The notes under the pieces are model-generated. The model ran no database searches, was not told the DNA's origin, and saw nothing but the letters and a program-made list of their open reading frames with translations. A stretch of DNA of 63,118 nt, counting the filler, from Asterionella formosa (Eukaryota), in assembly GCA_002256025.1 (NCBI GenBank). It is 13 parts of 13 records of this genome, joined end to end, with 100 filler letters (N's around TTAATTAATTAA, not from the genome) between each part and the next. Parts side by side here need not be neighbours in the genome. Positions count along the whole stretch, not along the records: positions 1 to 1,067 come from NKIB01004560.1; positions 1,168 to 2,234 come from NKIB01004561.1; positions 2,335 to 19,429 come from NKIB01004562.1; 10 more parts are not named here. One strand, written 5' to 3'. Shown here piece by piece: positions 1 to 12,811 of this stretch. The stretch's first letter is position 1; each line of letters starts with the position of its first letter. The translations under genes and the position numbers were made by a program.

Positions 1-1067
1 TTCTCCTGTTGCAAAGAAGGCAAAAAAAGAAAAAGGCTACAGTAGTAAAATCGACTCCTCCAAGCAGTGTCACTTGCTGTGCTAACACATATTTTCGTGT
101 CATCAATGTGTACATGTGTGAGCAACACAGAAGTGATGTGTTGATGCTTGGTCAGCCTCCAACTAGTCAGATAAATTCATTGGGGCAACTATGGAATTAA
201 CATATGAACTCTTTTTTCTGGAGAATTGTAAACCTTCTCGAAATCATCAGATTTGGAAGGAAACAGACATGTGCTCTCAACCGATTCAATGAGTCGTTTC
301 AATTTCTTCTTCGATGTTAAAACGTCTTCGAGTGTAAACCCAAATAGACTATCCTCTTTGTCTTTCCAAATGTTCTTGTTGTTTTCCATGATATCAACTT
401 TGATTGGTATTGATATGACGAGTGATGCAGTATGGTTACGCGAAATGATAAACAAGAATGCAATGAAGCCAACGGAGTTCGATTACTATCAATGATGTGA
501 TGGGAAGGCAACAGCAGCGGCCACAGCAGCAGTATAATTGCATTTGCTTGTACGGATGGTACCACGCATGGTACATCAGTACAAGCTATTCTAGATTGGT
601 ATTTACGGCTATGGCATTACATTCATCAAATTAGATATTTTGACGTAATGATAGAGATGATAAAAACATCTTATTATTGTAAAATTATTTAGTAATATAT
701 ATTAGAAATATTAGCAAGAACATTTTATTATATGTTCATTTATTTGATCTTATAAATGTGATCAAACTATCATAGGTTTAGTTACGAGTGATTGTGAGTA
801 TGTGATAATGAAATATAAGTTAACTGTTGTACTAATCATACGATAATATGATATTGACGGTATGATCTCTTTTGAGTGTACAGTACCCTACTTCACCTTC
901 TTTGTACGAGATTGTATTATAGCATAGCCCCCATCAAGTATAGGTACCAATCTCACCTTGTTTGTAGGAGACGTGTTATTGCATGCTCAACATCACCTAC
1001 AGGTACCGGTACCAACATCACCTTGCTTGTTTGTACGAGAAGAACGTCTGATAGTTGCGTACTACCA

Positions 1068-1167
1068 NNNNNNNNNNNNNNNNNNNNNNNNNNNNNNNNN
1101 NNNNNNNNNNNTTAATTAATTAANNNNNNNNNNNNNNNNNNNNNNNNNNNNNNNNNNNNNNNNNNNN
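1068..1167. other. Artificial contig-joining linker (44 N + TTAATTAATTAA + 44 N); first of 12
   Basis: Identical spacer with stops in all six frames; the 12-mer starts at 1112, 2279, 19474, 20640, 37826, 38992, 40158, 41327, 42493, 59667, 60833 and 61998. Plain N gaps without the 12-mer (5799-6187, 7817-8538, 16378-16387, 47154-47724, 51604-52147) are ordinary scaffold gaps. Confidence 0.97.
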
Positions 1168-1360
1168 TTAACTCGAAAAAATGAGTTTTTTTAGCTAGTT
1201 ATGTAGAGGCGAGTAGCATAAACTTGCAATTGTTACTTCAATTATTAGCATCTAAATAAATTATTCAAACAAATTGAACATCGATATATTCAGTGCATAC
1301 ATGAACTTATTGCTAAATGCTATTTTACATGGGCCGGCATCTCAAACATTTGTGGGAAGC
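1168..1360 (+). repeat. Dispersed AT-rich repeat, copy A (homologous to 32400-32590 minus)
   Basis: TATTAGCATCTAAATAAATTATTCAAACAAATTGAACAT...TAAATGCTATTTTACAT aligns by eye with the reverse complement of 32400-32590 (TATTAGCATCTAATTAAACTATTCGAAACCAATTTAACAT...TAATGCTGTTTTACAT). Confidence 0.7.
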
Positions 1361-1566
1361 CGAATGCAAGAGGACACTACCTCAATTATAACATGAATGG
1401 ATTAATTGTTGGTCCATATGCATACTTTCTATGGTTGTTACATTTACATTGAGCATGCCAACAGATGTTTTATGCTTCCAATCCTCAAAACAAGCATACC
1501 ATCATTTTCTTCAATTCCATTATTCTTGCCTTTTTGCGGTTGAGAATATGTGCAACAGGCAAACCT

Positions 1567-1592
1567 CCTGGTACCTGGTACCAGGTACCAGG
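1567..1592. repeat. Perfect 26-bp palindrome built from GGTACCW units
   Basis: CCTGGTACCTGGTACCAGGTACCAGG equals its own reverse complement; the same unit recurs across the window. Confidence 0.9.
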
Positions 1593-2594
1593 TACAGAAA
1601 CCTGACCATACTTATTTGTAATACACGACTTGTTACTATATGTAGTATGTATCGAGAAGATAACAACATAATGCCAAACTGCCGACCATAGAAAATCAAA
1701 TCAAATGGAACGAGGTTCTTTCGCTACATCTCATTGTTTACCTTCATAAGCGCCATGCATCGATCATCCGAGTTGCTGGTACCTGGTAGGCAAAACAGAG
1801 AGCTTGAGGGATTTCATTCCAGTTGAAAACATTACATCCAACGATGGATCACAACATACATTATCGACCATTACTGAGATTGCCAGTCGAGAGGCCTCAC
1901 CTCACTGCCAATCACAACGACTTTGGATCGTCCAACCAAGGGCAATGGACCCAAGAAAAAAAGGCTAATCTCAAGAAGAAGAAACACATCAGATCGACAC
2001 GCGACTCTTGATGGGAAAGCCGACTCGGGTAGGAGGAAACATTAAAAAGAGAAATGTTTACCTTTAGCACTGGGGGAAGTGAATGGCTGAAGTCAGATCG
2101 ATGGCTCGAGCCTAATCTTCATCATTGTGAGTTGATTGACTGGATTAGTTGTGAACTCAAACCTTCACTAGATCGTTTGATTTATTCCATGAATATGACG
2201 TGGCTTGGATTCCGATTGAGAGAGGGGTTTTCAANNNNNNNNNNNNNNNNNNNNNNNNNNNNNNNNNNNNNNNNNNNNTTAATTAATTAANNNNNNNNNN
2301 NNNNNNNNNNNNNNNNNNNNNNNNNNNNNNNNNNTATTAGCTAGCGAATACATCAATCCGATAACCAGTACGAGGGTACCTGGTACACAAAGAGCCGGAA
2401 TAACATAACGGTATACCCAGGGGAGGAGAGGTAAAATAATTAATACAGACATCAATTCTGAGGAGAGGCTTTGTATCATCATCACGGAGAGTTAAATACA
2501 TCAACCCTGTCTTTTGATCAACAGGCATCCTGCATCTTCCATCGTAGTCTATACTATATAGCCGAGTATCAGTTGCATCTATCCACTTCTCCCA

Positions 2595-4639
2595 ATGAAC
2601 GATGCATCATCGTTGGGCACGCAACCCGAGCCCCTCTCCGTGGGTCCTCCAGCACCACAGGAGCTTCCATCGCACACACCAAGTCTTCACGATGCACTCT
2701 TTGGAGACCGCTCGGAATACAAGTACGACGACCAAGCGTCACTCGCGTCCTTGGAAGACCATGCAGTACCTCGTGGCGATCCTATACCTACTTGGGAAAT
2801 CCTCACGGACAAGCAGCATGACGTGGTGTCCATATCGGAAGATACGTTTTACGACGACCGGTCATTGGAAGCTAGAATTCATCGCTCGCTAATGCAACGA
2901 CCAACCTCGAATGGGATCAACAAATCGGTCCCACAACGACTTATACCATTAGCAACGATCGGCCTTTCGCGAGAAGCCAAACTAGAACGAACCTTGGAAC
3001 AAACCAGAAAGAAGTTTGCAGAATCTCAACATCGGATTTCCCATCTCCAACGAGAAAATGAATTATTGCACGAAGAATGCCAACGTCTCCATCAACGAGT
3101 TGCGAAAACAGATTCCAGCGTTCACAATGACACCATGCTACAAGAGGAAATCGAGCGTTTGCGGAAGATCGTCAAGGAATTAAATTGCACTAATACGGAC
3201 GTGCAAGCCGAAGCGAAGTCATTGGCACAGGCAACGAAAGCTTTGGAAGGAGAAAAGGAACGCATGGTGGAAACATGGCAAAATACCGAACGAGATGCAA
3301 ATGATGCTCAAATGGAGTGTGCCAAGCTAAAGAAGGATTTGGAATTCTGTCGGAACGAATTGGCTGAGACGAAAAAGTCAAAAAATATGATAGAAACACA
3401 GATGGTGGATTTGCGGAAGCAAAACAAATTGCTGGAAGAGAATCTATCAGAAGAAACTAAAAAATCTGCATCCACTGTGACAGAGATGCAGTCCAAACTG
3501 GAAAATAGCATGGAAGAGTACAAAGAGTTGCAAACCAAGATGCAAGAATTGTCCTTGCATTTGGAGGCTAAATCGAAGGCGTGCTCAGCTCTCATGACAA
3601 AGAAGGCACAATTAGAAGGATGCCTCAAGCGACCGTCGCTTCAGCATCAAGGAGTACAAACTGGCGCCATTCCCATGACTACCATGGAAAATCATTCCGA
3701 GGCTGAGCGTCCCCTCAACATGAAACGACCGCACTCACTGTCTACTACTCCCCGACCTATCTTATTTGATTCTAATGGCGACCACGGCAACACTCTCAGC
3801 GACCGGTTGAATCGGATCCGAGAATCCGCGGAAAAGGCATCCCTAGTTCGCGAACACCAACGCGACATATCAAAGCTTCAATCGGAACATGCGGCACAGA
3901 TTGCAATTCTCCAACAGGATTTTGATGAAGAAAAGGCACGATTTACAGAAGATTCACATGCCGAGTTGAATCATCGGACCAAGGAGTTGAAGCGGCGTCT
4001 AGTGACGGAATATGAAAAGAAGCTAGATGACTTGGAGCGGAAACACAAGAAGGAACTTCAGCGGGTGAGTATTGGTTCGTAATTTTGTGAATATATTATT
4101 TTTCGTTGGAGGCACCTCCTAATTCCTCGCAATTTCGTTTTCTGTAGATACGAGACGAAACAGATCGTCAGTCTGCAACTGCGACAGAATCCGTCGAAGC
4201 TGCCATGTCAGAAGTTGCAAAGACAACTTCTCAATTGGAACGTGAAACGCGCAAATGTCATGCTTTGGAACTCCAGATTGGAAATCTGCAGTCAGCGCAT
4301 GCTACCGAGAAGGAACTCCTCACTCGTCATTTTGAACAAGAACTCAAAGATCTCCAAGTTTCTTGGGAAGATGATAAAAACGCCCTTTTAACGAGTGTCC
4401 AATCCGAGTGCAATACGATCATTGAAAAGACACGTGAACGACCCATTCGAAGTGCCCAAAGATCCCTACGGTCTTTTCCCACAGCGATTCCAATGTCTTC
4501 GACTACTTTCTTTACAGCGGAAGTATCGCCCATGACACAAAGCGATCTAACACAGGTATCACCTACTGTGTCATTGTCTGAACTTAGCCAGTCTTTATTG
4601 GAAACAGAAGCGATGGTTGAAAAAGTTTTGCGAAATTGA
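2595..4639 (+). CDS. Long coiled-coil protein of unknown function, 2 exons (2595-4064, 4148-4639), ~653 aa
   Basis: The 495-aa and 144-aa ORFs are joined in frame by an 83-nt intron 4065-4147 (GTGAGT...TGTAG); E/K/Q/L-rich heptad sequence. Confidence 0.8.
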
Positions 4640-4829
4640 ATGTTCCAGGCAGGCAAGCGTATGAGAATGAAAATAATTTCTATGGGATCTTTATCTTTTT
4701 GTCTCCATTAATTTTCGTGGTCGAAATGTGTGGATAATTTTATGCTTTTTGCATTTTGTATACCACCACGAACAACATGCGATCGAAATGCAAATTTATC
4801 GTGTGGCATGCAATGCTATCACTTTGATT

Positions 4830-5177
4830 TTAGGCGATTCTGTAAATCAAATGGTATCCACTATCTGTCGACACCGGTCCACTCATTTCTCCCACCGCCA
4901 ACGCAAAGGACGCGTCTTCGAAAGGCTTTTGCATAGCTCCGCGTCCAAATGCCCCTAAATCTCCATTTCGGTCATAGGAACTGCAATCCGAGCGCATATG
5001 AGCGTACTTGGGAAAGGCCTCGTGAATGCCTTCTTGATGAATTTTCCGTTCAAACTCTTCTAGTTCTGCCAAGGCATCATCAGGAGACATGGTGACACTT
5101 TGATTGGTACGACGACTCACGGGATTTCGTGATCCAGAGTGCTTGATGAGCAAGTGAGCGCAGCGGACTTGAGACAT
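4830..5177 (-). CDS. PIN1: Pin1-type parvulin peptidyl-prolyl isomerase, single domain without WW (like plant Pin1At)
   Basis: [45 protein letters not shown] and [10 protein letters not shown] are Pin1 rotamase motifs. Confidence 0.95.
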   Translation of the reverse strand: MSQVRCAHLLIKHSGSRNPVSRRTNQSVTMSPDDALAELEEFERKIHQEGIHEAFPKYAHMRSDCSSYDRNGDLGAFGRGAMQKPFEDASFALAVGEMSGPVSTDSGYHLIYRIA

Positions 5178-5625
5178 GGCTGTCTGTGATTGCGATTTGC
5201 CTTTGGATACTGAAATGGCGGGTGTTGTTGGTTATTATGTTTTCGTGATTTGTTTTTAAACGCCTGTATCGGATATATACCGGTATCAATGTTATTTATA
5301 CACCGGTAATAATACCCATTACAATTTGTATGTACCGGTATTTGTGTGGTTTGATTCATCAATTAAAAAATCCACCTTGTACCGGCACAGCCCATACGTC
5401 CATTCTGTGGGCAGATCACATCAGGTACAGTACTGGTGGTACCTGTGGCATGTTCTCCCTATACGCCTACATTACTTTGTAAAAATCAACCTGGCAATGA
5501 CGACAACAAACACCCGTCGCACTGTTCTTTTTCTACTACACTAAAATTCTGATTTACTATTTCTTTTACTGGATGCATACATTGTCATCAAACATATAGG
5601 CATCTATAAACACAACAACAGAAAG

Positions 5626-5738
5626 ATGAGTTTGAAACCAGGGCAAAAGTTCAGTACGCCAACGCCTGGCTTTGGTGATCGAGTGTTTTACGAAACACTT
5701 TTACGGCAACGACCAGACAGTTTCATGGCTCAAGAATG
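5626..5738 (+). CDS. Exon 1 of a small conserved hypothetical protein; remainder lost in N gap
   Basis: MSLKPGQKFSTPTPGFGDRVFYETLLRQRPDSFMAQEW recalls a GQK..P..D..R.FYE.L..Q.P.S.MA..W motif of an uncharacterised eukaryotic family; good ATG context; probable GT donor at 5739. Confidence 0.6.
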
Positions 5739-6383
5739 GTACGATTATGCGTCGGTTTGGGGTAGTCGTAGTATGTATATTTCAATATCCAGCGACGGNN
5801 NNNNNNNNNNNNNNNNNNNNNNNNNNNNNNNNNNNNNNNNNNNNNNNNNNNNNNNNNNNNNNNNNNNNNNNNNNNNNNNNNNNNNNNNNNNNNNNNNNNN
5901 NNNNNNNNNNNNNNNNNNNNNNNNNNNNNNNNNNNNNNNNNNNNNNNNNNNNNNNNNNNNNNNNNNNNNNNNNNNNNNNNNNNNNNNNNNNNNNNNNNNN
6001 NNNNNNNNNNNNNNNNNNNNNNNNNNNNNNNNNNNNNNNNNNNNNNNNNNNNNNNNNNNNNNNNNNNNNNNNNNNNNNNNNNNNNNNNNNNNNNNNNNNN
6101 NNNNNNNNNNNNNNNNNNNNNNNNNNNNNNNNNNNNNNNNNNNNNNNNNNNNNNNNNNNNNNNNNNNNNNNNNNNNNNNNNNNNNNNTAAAATCATGTAA
6201 ATCAAACGCAAGCGTCTGTGATGTGTGTGTTGGGGGAATCAAAACAACGGAGCTCAGACAAAAGACAACACCCAAATGTCAAGACACTGGGTTGGGCATG
6301 GCAAACTATCAATTATAGAGAATAGACAACAGTGTGTGGTTTTTAAAATAGGTTGGACAATATGTCCTCGTTTTCCTTGGCTA

Positions 6384-7751
6384 TCACAATGGTAATGTAT
6401 AGGCAGTAATATCGTTGCTTGTATCTGCCACAAAGAGGGTCGAAGGAAAGATGGGGTCCAATGCTCTACTGCTGGCAATACAATTCACCTTGCTACCATG
6501 TGGAATTGCAAATAATACCCGAGGCATCCTCGTTTTTGTTTCCAGCGATAGATTAGATAGATCATCATCTAGCGGATTGATATTTGCCAATGGATTCACT
6601 GCAAACTTCCCAGCCAATTCCATTCCCAAATCCCACAGTACGACATTCCCATCACTTCCTCCCGATGCGACAATACGATCATTTACATCCACAGTTTGTC
6701 CTACGGTTGTTGTAAATTCACAAAAGCACACACTGGCAACACCTGTTGTGTGGCCTCCACGGAGTCGATGACGTGGTGTCAAGGACTTGTCTGTTACTTG
6801 AATTGTTCCATCACCAAGCCCAGCAACGATCCATCTTCCAGATGGTGACCACGCTAGAGAATGTACCATGGGTGGATTACAAATTTGGCCAACACCTGCA
6901 TCACTGTCACCATCATCTCGTGGTATTAGTAACGAGTGAGTCGCCTTATGTGGTTTGTTCATGTTCCAGAGGTTCAAGGTACAATCCGTTCCCCCAGAAC
7001 ACAATTCCGCATTTATTTTGGGATGAAATGCAGCGCACGTAACTAGTGCTTGCTGATGAGGATCATGATGAAGAAATTTTCGTCGACCTTGACTTTGGAT
7101 TGATGGATACAGTGTATCGGATACCCTAACATACCCCGAATCATCGGCCGCAGCGATATACACTGGTCCTGATCGTCCACTGGAAAAGGATAATTGGTTC
7201 ACCTCATCGGTTGTTTCAAGCGACAATGTCAAATCTTGTACTGGTTCCAGAATTATCGGGCTTGTTGCCTTGCGCAAATCATAGCCAAGGACCTGATGAC
7301 CCACAGCTAAATATCTGCAAAGCACACACATGGTGAATGGAATTAAATGTCATCATGATTGTTTAGTATACAAGAAAGGAAAAAATATATTCGTCGATGC
7401 TTTCTTCCTGTGTTTAATATTTTATACTCACACACAAAAATCTCTTGCGAATGGACCAACATTTCCTATTCTCGGTGGTTCCTTTCTAGAAAATGCTACA
7501 CTCATCACTTCTCCTGGTGCCTTGATACATAAGGAGGCACGTAGAGGAGCCCTCAAATCCCAAAGACGCGCCGTTTCATCTTCTGATCCACTCAATAAAC
7601 AACAACAAGTAATAGCAGCAGCAGCAGTATCTGTTGTTGCGGTATTGTGATGGACATTGGAGGAATGAGCCAAACATAAAACACTAGACTTGTGTCCTTT
7701 GAGTTGCACTTGTTCTATGGTTGCACCCGCGGTCGCTCTGGTTGGAGGCAT
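6384..7751 (-). CDS. WDR53: WD40-repeat protein, WDR53-like, 2 exons (7751-7432, 7314-6384)
   Basis: LKGHKSSVLCL, DEVNQL, AAADDSG, SGGTDCTLNLW, NPPMVHSLA, GHTTGVASVCF, HGSKVNC and LFVADTSNDITAY follow the WDR53 motif order; in-frame intron 7315-7431 (GTGAGT...TGCAG). Confidence 0.8.
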
Positions 7752-8538
7752 TCTATTGTATTATTCTTACACGTAACAACGATATAAGATTACCGGGTTG
7801 TCCTTGTTACAGTCCTNNNNNNNNNNNNNNNNNNNNNNNNNNNNNNNNNNNNNNNNNNNNNNNNNNNNNNNNNNNNNNNNNNNNNNNNNNNNNNNNNNNN
7901 NNNNNNNNNNNNNNNNNNNNNNNNNNNNNNNNNNNNNNNNNNNNNNNNNNNNNNNNNNNNNNNNNNNNNNNNNNNNNNNNNNNNNNNNNNNNNNNNNNNN
8001 NNNNNNNNNNNNNNNNNNNNNNNNNNNNNNNNNNNNNNNNNNNNNNNNNNNNNNNNNNNNNNNNNNNNNNNNNNNNNNNNNNNNNNNNNNNNNNNNNNNN
8101 NNNNNNNNNNNNNNNNNNNNNNNNNNNNNNNNNNNNNNNNNNNNNNNNNNNNNNNNNNNNNNNNNNNNNNNNNNNNNNNNNNNNNNNNNNNNNNNNNNNN
8201 NNNNNNNNNNNNNNNNNNNNNNNNNNNNNNNNNNNNNNNNNNNNNNNNNNNNNNNNNNNNNNNNNNNNNNNNNNNNNNNNNNNNNNNNNNNNNNNNNNNN
8301 NNNNNNNNNNNNNNNNNNNNNNNNNNNNNNNNNNNNNNNNNNNNNNNNNNNNNNNNNNNNNNNNNNNNNNNNNNNNNNNNNNNNNNNNNNNNNNNNNNNN
8401 NNNNNNNNNNNNNNNNNNNNNNNNNNNNNNNNNNNNNNNNNNNNNNNNNNNNNNNNNNNNNNNNNNNNNNNNNNNNNNNNNNNNNNNNNNNNNNNNNNNN
8501 NNNNNNNNNNNNNNNNNNNNNNNNNNNNNNNNNNNNNN

Positions 8539-9242
8539 GGCCTCCATTCCTGGTATGAGGCACTGGTAGTACCAGTAGGAACAGCGCGTCCTACTGTCCG
8601 ACAATCATCAAGTCCGAACCACCATTCTTCTATGAATGTGTCATCTTCCTTGTTGCTACTACCATGCTTCCAAAAGGCAGTTTCAAAATCACAATACGGA
8701 TACTCCTCAAGTAGATGTGATCTTGGACGGCCGATATCAGATATTAACCAACATCGTTCCGATGCAAGAGGGACTGCCATGACTGTAACTTGGTCGGCGA
8801 CGTGTGGTTTCACTCCAATATCAAATGTCTGTAATGCTCGAGTCAGTGGACTCACAAGGATCAAGTCGAATTCTTGAGCAAGAGTGCTGCTTGCCGTTGC
8901 GGGATTGGTACTACTGACAGGGGTTAACCGCGACGACAGCGCCTTGGCTTGCTGTTGCCCACGAGGTGACAGGATGGTGTCGTGATATTTGTCAACCTGT
9001 TCCATTGGGAAAATATCTGTGAAATTGGGAGATCCATACGAACAGCCAACCAAATATTCGTTCATATAAGTGCATCCATGCCGAATAAAGACAATGCGCT
9101 TTCCGCCATTGTCCAGTGTCGTTGCAGCGGCCAATGACGTTGTTGTTCTTGCTAAAGGTGGAGTGCTGGATACCGAAAAAGCGGGGACCAACCGATACAA
9201 GCATGACAGCATCAAAGCAGTGACAAGTTGAGGTTTCGTCAT
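8539..9242 (-). CDS. Histidine phosphatase / phosphoglycerate mutase-like protein, probably plastid-targeted (3' end in gap)
   Basis: IVFIRHG, LSPRGQQQA and VSPLTRALQT motifs; N-terminal signal peptide followed by PAF and an S/T-rich transit region (diatom ASAFAP-type presequence). Confidence 0.85.
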
Positions 9243-11277
9243 TGTGTATACTGATGGTAGATGGGTGAATTGGTCGATTTGGTATTGATGCATGGAGGTG
9301 GAGGAGGATGGAACGAAGCAAAACAGAAATACGATCTGCGCGCTACATAGAATTTTCTAGGTATGATAGACATTTTAGAATTTATATGTACCATGATGAA
9401 ATTATGCGGGTGTATTTCACGACGCACGTACTCCGGTACGTACCTGGTATCTAAATACGAGAAAGGCGAGCCGACGAGCGAATCTCTTCCGATTCATGAT
9501 TCACAGCACTCTTTGGTGACATCTGTTATGTCATCGCAAATGAGAAGAAATGATAGGGAGTGCCAATTGTAAAATGAAAAGCAATGATTCATGGATAAGA
9601 AAATAGTGATTGAGGTGGTGTGTAGTCAAAAATCAAACCTGATTCTGAACCAAACTTTTCCATAATTAACAACTGGACATTTGGGACTCAGTAATTCAAT
9701 GATTGGCTGGTCTTAGCAAAATTGGAAGAGGGAAAGTTCCGGAATTGAAGTCTAAATGATGGTCATCAGGGCCAGAAATCAGCAGCACTTTGCTAAGCTT
9801 GTACCTTCCTTATGATGAAGTTTTCTATATTGATATTTTTTAGCTACATCCACCAACATAAAATGATGATTTATGATCAAAATCAAACTTTTTCATTAGT
9901 AACCACCACCACCAGCCACCACCACCACCACCACCATACTTGTTCAATTATCCAGTTGCCAGGAATGATGGCAGCGAGATCCACCACCTTGGTAGGCAGT
10001 GATGCCTCAGCTTAAGTCGTACCAATATATCTGTGATTTATTCCAAATGGAAGACAATCACGAAGATCAAGATAAGGATGTTGAATTGTTTTGTATGGCG
10101 TATTCCCTTGATTGCCATTTCTAACTAATATCAGAAGGCAAGGAAGAAGTATAGAGTTGTTTCCAGGACTATTATGTTTGATGATTATCTCACTCAAGCA
10201 AAGGACACTGCTTGGCTGAATAATACAGATTTTATCAAGAGGACACTTCACAAAAATGGTAGATCATATCAAGAATATTCATATTTTTACTGCAGTAGAA
10301 AGAGGCGGGAGAAAGCAGGCGGCCCCTGTGGCGCACCAAGCCACTCATGATTCTTCTTCAGTATTGTGGGACAGATCTAAGTCTAGCAATGCTCCAATCC
10401 TGATCTAGTAAGGAATGTTTTAGAGATTAGTACAGGAACCACACCTCTCTATCAAGATCCAACCTTGAAAGTAATTCTGTCCTTGTGAGACAGAGCCCTT
10501 ACCTGACCATGATGTGGACTAGAACAAAAGCGAATTGCTTCACATATTTTGGAGAATCTTGGTAGATCAAATTGTGTTGGGATAATAGAGGTAGCCCTGA
10601 TGGCCCTTAATTTGCTCCACAAGTAGAGAATGCACCTGACTACATTGTTACATGCAAATTTTCCTTGAAGTTGAATGATTTTTTTAGATGATCAACATCA
10701 GACATAATAATTTAATTGTTTGTATTGAAAGTGGTTTGCCACCAACCATTGCGAAGTGTGGCGGATAAGATGCTGGTTTTGACTAGTACTACGAGGAGCA
10801 GATTTTATTCTGATTGACTCTTATAGTCGACGTGATCATCTTCCCATCCTCTCAGTGTTACTGTACTCCTCTCTTCCTTCCAACATTCTCATGATGTGGC
10901 TTTTTGATCATGTAGGATTTCGTGATGGAGACAATTGTTTATGAATGGAGCTGACAAAGCTATGACAAAATGAATGAACATTCATCCTAGTATGGCTTGT
11001 TTATATAGAGATTGGTGTTCAGGGAACAATTAGGGTCTATATTTTGTGGCAGTCAATGTAAGATAAATCAGCTGAATTTCAATTGGCCTAACTTCATAAA
11101 ATCAAGTCTAAGGACTAGTTCTCGGATACTGCTAATATACAAAAAATATGTGCTAAAATATTCCCCAGAATGTAGCTCCAAGCATACTGGAGTATACTTT
11201 CTACTTGTGAGAATGCATGAGGCCACACAATTTCATAATAGTACCTCATCATCATCTTTGATATAAAAATTCCACTA

Positions 11278-12811
11278 TTATTGCATGGGTGTGTCAAAGG
11301 CTGTCTGCAAGGGAACAGAGGGAAGTTGATGTGATGAAGTCAGCATGGATTCATTCCTTATCATAGAATTTTTAAATCCTTGTTCATTCGTTTCTGGTGA
11401 TCGCTTAGGCAAAAATGTTGGACTCAAGAGATCCATGAAGCGATTCTGTTTTACAGACTCTGTCGTTGGTTCCAATGATGATGTAATTGAGTTGTCGCTT
11501 GAGGTGGACAAGACAGCATACTTATCACTAACTTCGATTTCGGCTAGATCCACTGGTTGCAGCCTTTTCATTTTAAAAGATGCAACGAGATTGTGCATCA
11601 TCAGCATACCTAGAGGTTCCCGCTCCGAGGATGGCTTCATCGTGTCTTTGCTCGAAATTGTCGTTCCTCTTCCACTGAGACTTGCTTCCATTCTCAGACG
11701 ATTAAGTTCATTGTCACGAGACAACACATCTTCTTTCAAAGAAATCAGTTGATCCTGAGCCTCCATCGCAGACTCCTCCAATCTTGTCAGCTGCATCTTT
11801 GTTTCCACCAATTGATCACTCATTTTCGACGTGGCTAAGGAAAGTCGAGCATTTTCTGCAAGTAATGAAAGGTAATGCTTGGTGCATTCCGATGCAAATG
11901 GATAGTCAATGAGAGCCCGTTGTCGAGTCCACTTTCGTCTTCGAAAGATGCGTTTGTTTGCATCATCCGGATGATCCCAACACAATTCCGTCAGCGAAGT
12001 AACAAAATTATTCGGACTATCGGTATACGACCAACCATCCTCATCACAATCCACCTTGCTGGTCACCGATGAAACATTGGTGATCAAGATGCGTTTGTTG
12101 ATTCGCCAACTCCCAATCCATTGCCACGTCCCTCCATCATATGGAAGTGGAAATCCTTCATCAATGTTTATAACATGAGTGATAACGTCATTTGTCAGCA
12201 CGCATCTTTTGGGAGGGGACTCAAAAAATAGGCGACGTGAGCCTTCCTTCATCGTTTTTCCGGGCTGAGGTTTAAGAATTGGTAAATTCTTGAAAAACGA
12301 GGGAAAGTTTTGAATTAGCCCACACCATTTTCCTTGTTTGTTCACTTGCCATTCAAATACCTATAATATAGGAAGATACGGAGTGAGACCACTTCGTGTG
12401 AAACGGATTATGTATAGGTGGTATGTGTCTCACCTCCTCTGTTGCTGTGGCGTGATGATGCGCTCTCGTATCCCATGGCATGAGCTCCAAGAGTCGAACT
12501 ACATGAATCGGCAACGTTATTTGAGGGCCACTGCTTCTCGCTGCAGATATAGCCTTGTTTTCTGACGTCAATGCGTCAATGAGCTCCTTGTATCCATCAC
12601 GTTCAGTTTGGAGCGAAACCACATTCCGTCGAGTCACAGCCTGTTCGTCTTGAAGTACAGCAGAGACATTGGCTTGTTCTTCCCGAAGCATTAGGACTTC
12701 CTGTTCAAGTTCCCATCGTTGCAATCTCTCCCTATCGAGCTCGAAAAGGACAGCGGATAGAATTCCTGTTTCGTCGCGAGTCATGGTAGCAGGCGTCATT
12801 GATGGGGACAT
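11278..12811 (-). CDS. Coiled-coil + DysF (dysferlin/Pex24/TECPR1-type) domain protein, 2 exons (12811-12434, 12360-11278)
   Basis: Intron 12361-12433 (GTGAGA...ATAG) gives EEVFEWQ; WQWIGSWRI, CDEDGWSY and FRRRKWTRQR are DysF signatures; coiled coils on both sides. Start codon is a best guess. Confidence 0.75.

Noticed and set aside
1..600. Short ORFs in contig 1, possibly a decayed TE accessory gene
   Set aside because: Fragmented frames with no motif I can assign.
1112..1123. Recurrent TTAATTAATTAA as a biological repeat or CRISPR-like array
   Set aside because: Always centred in 44+44 N; it is a synthetic six-frame stop linker.
7721..8877. Long ORFs running through N gaps (also 5672-6275, 47137-47772, 51466-52438)
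   Set aside because: Their length comes from untranslatable N runs.
9600..11200. CpG-poor region with a (CAC)n run, possible old TE
   Set aside because: No recognisable protein motif or termini.
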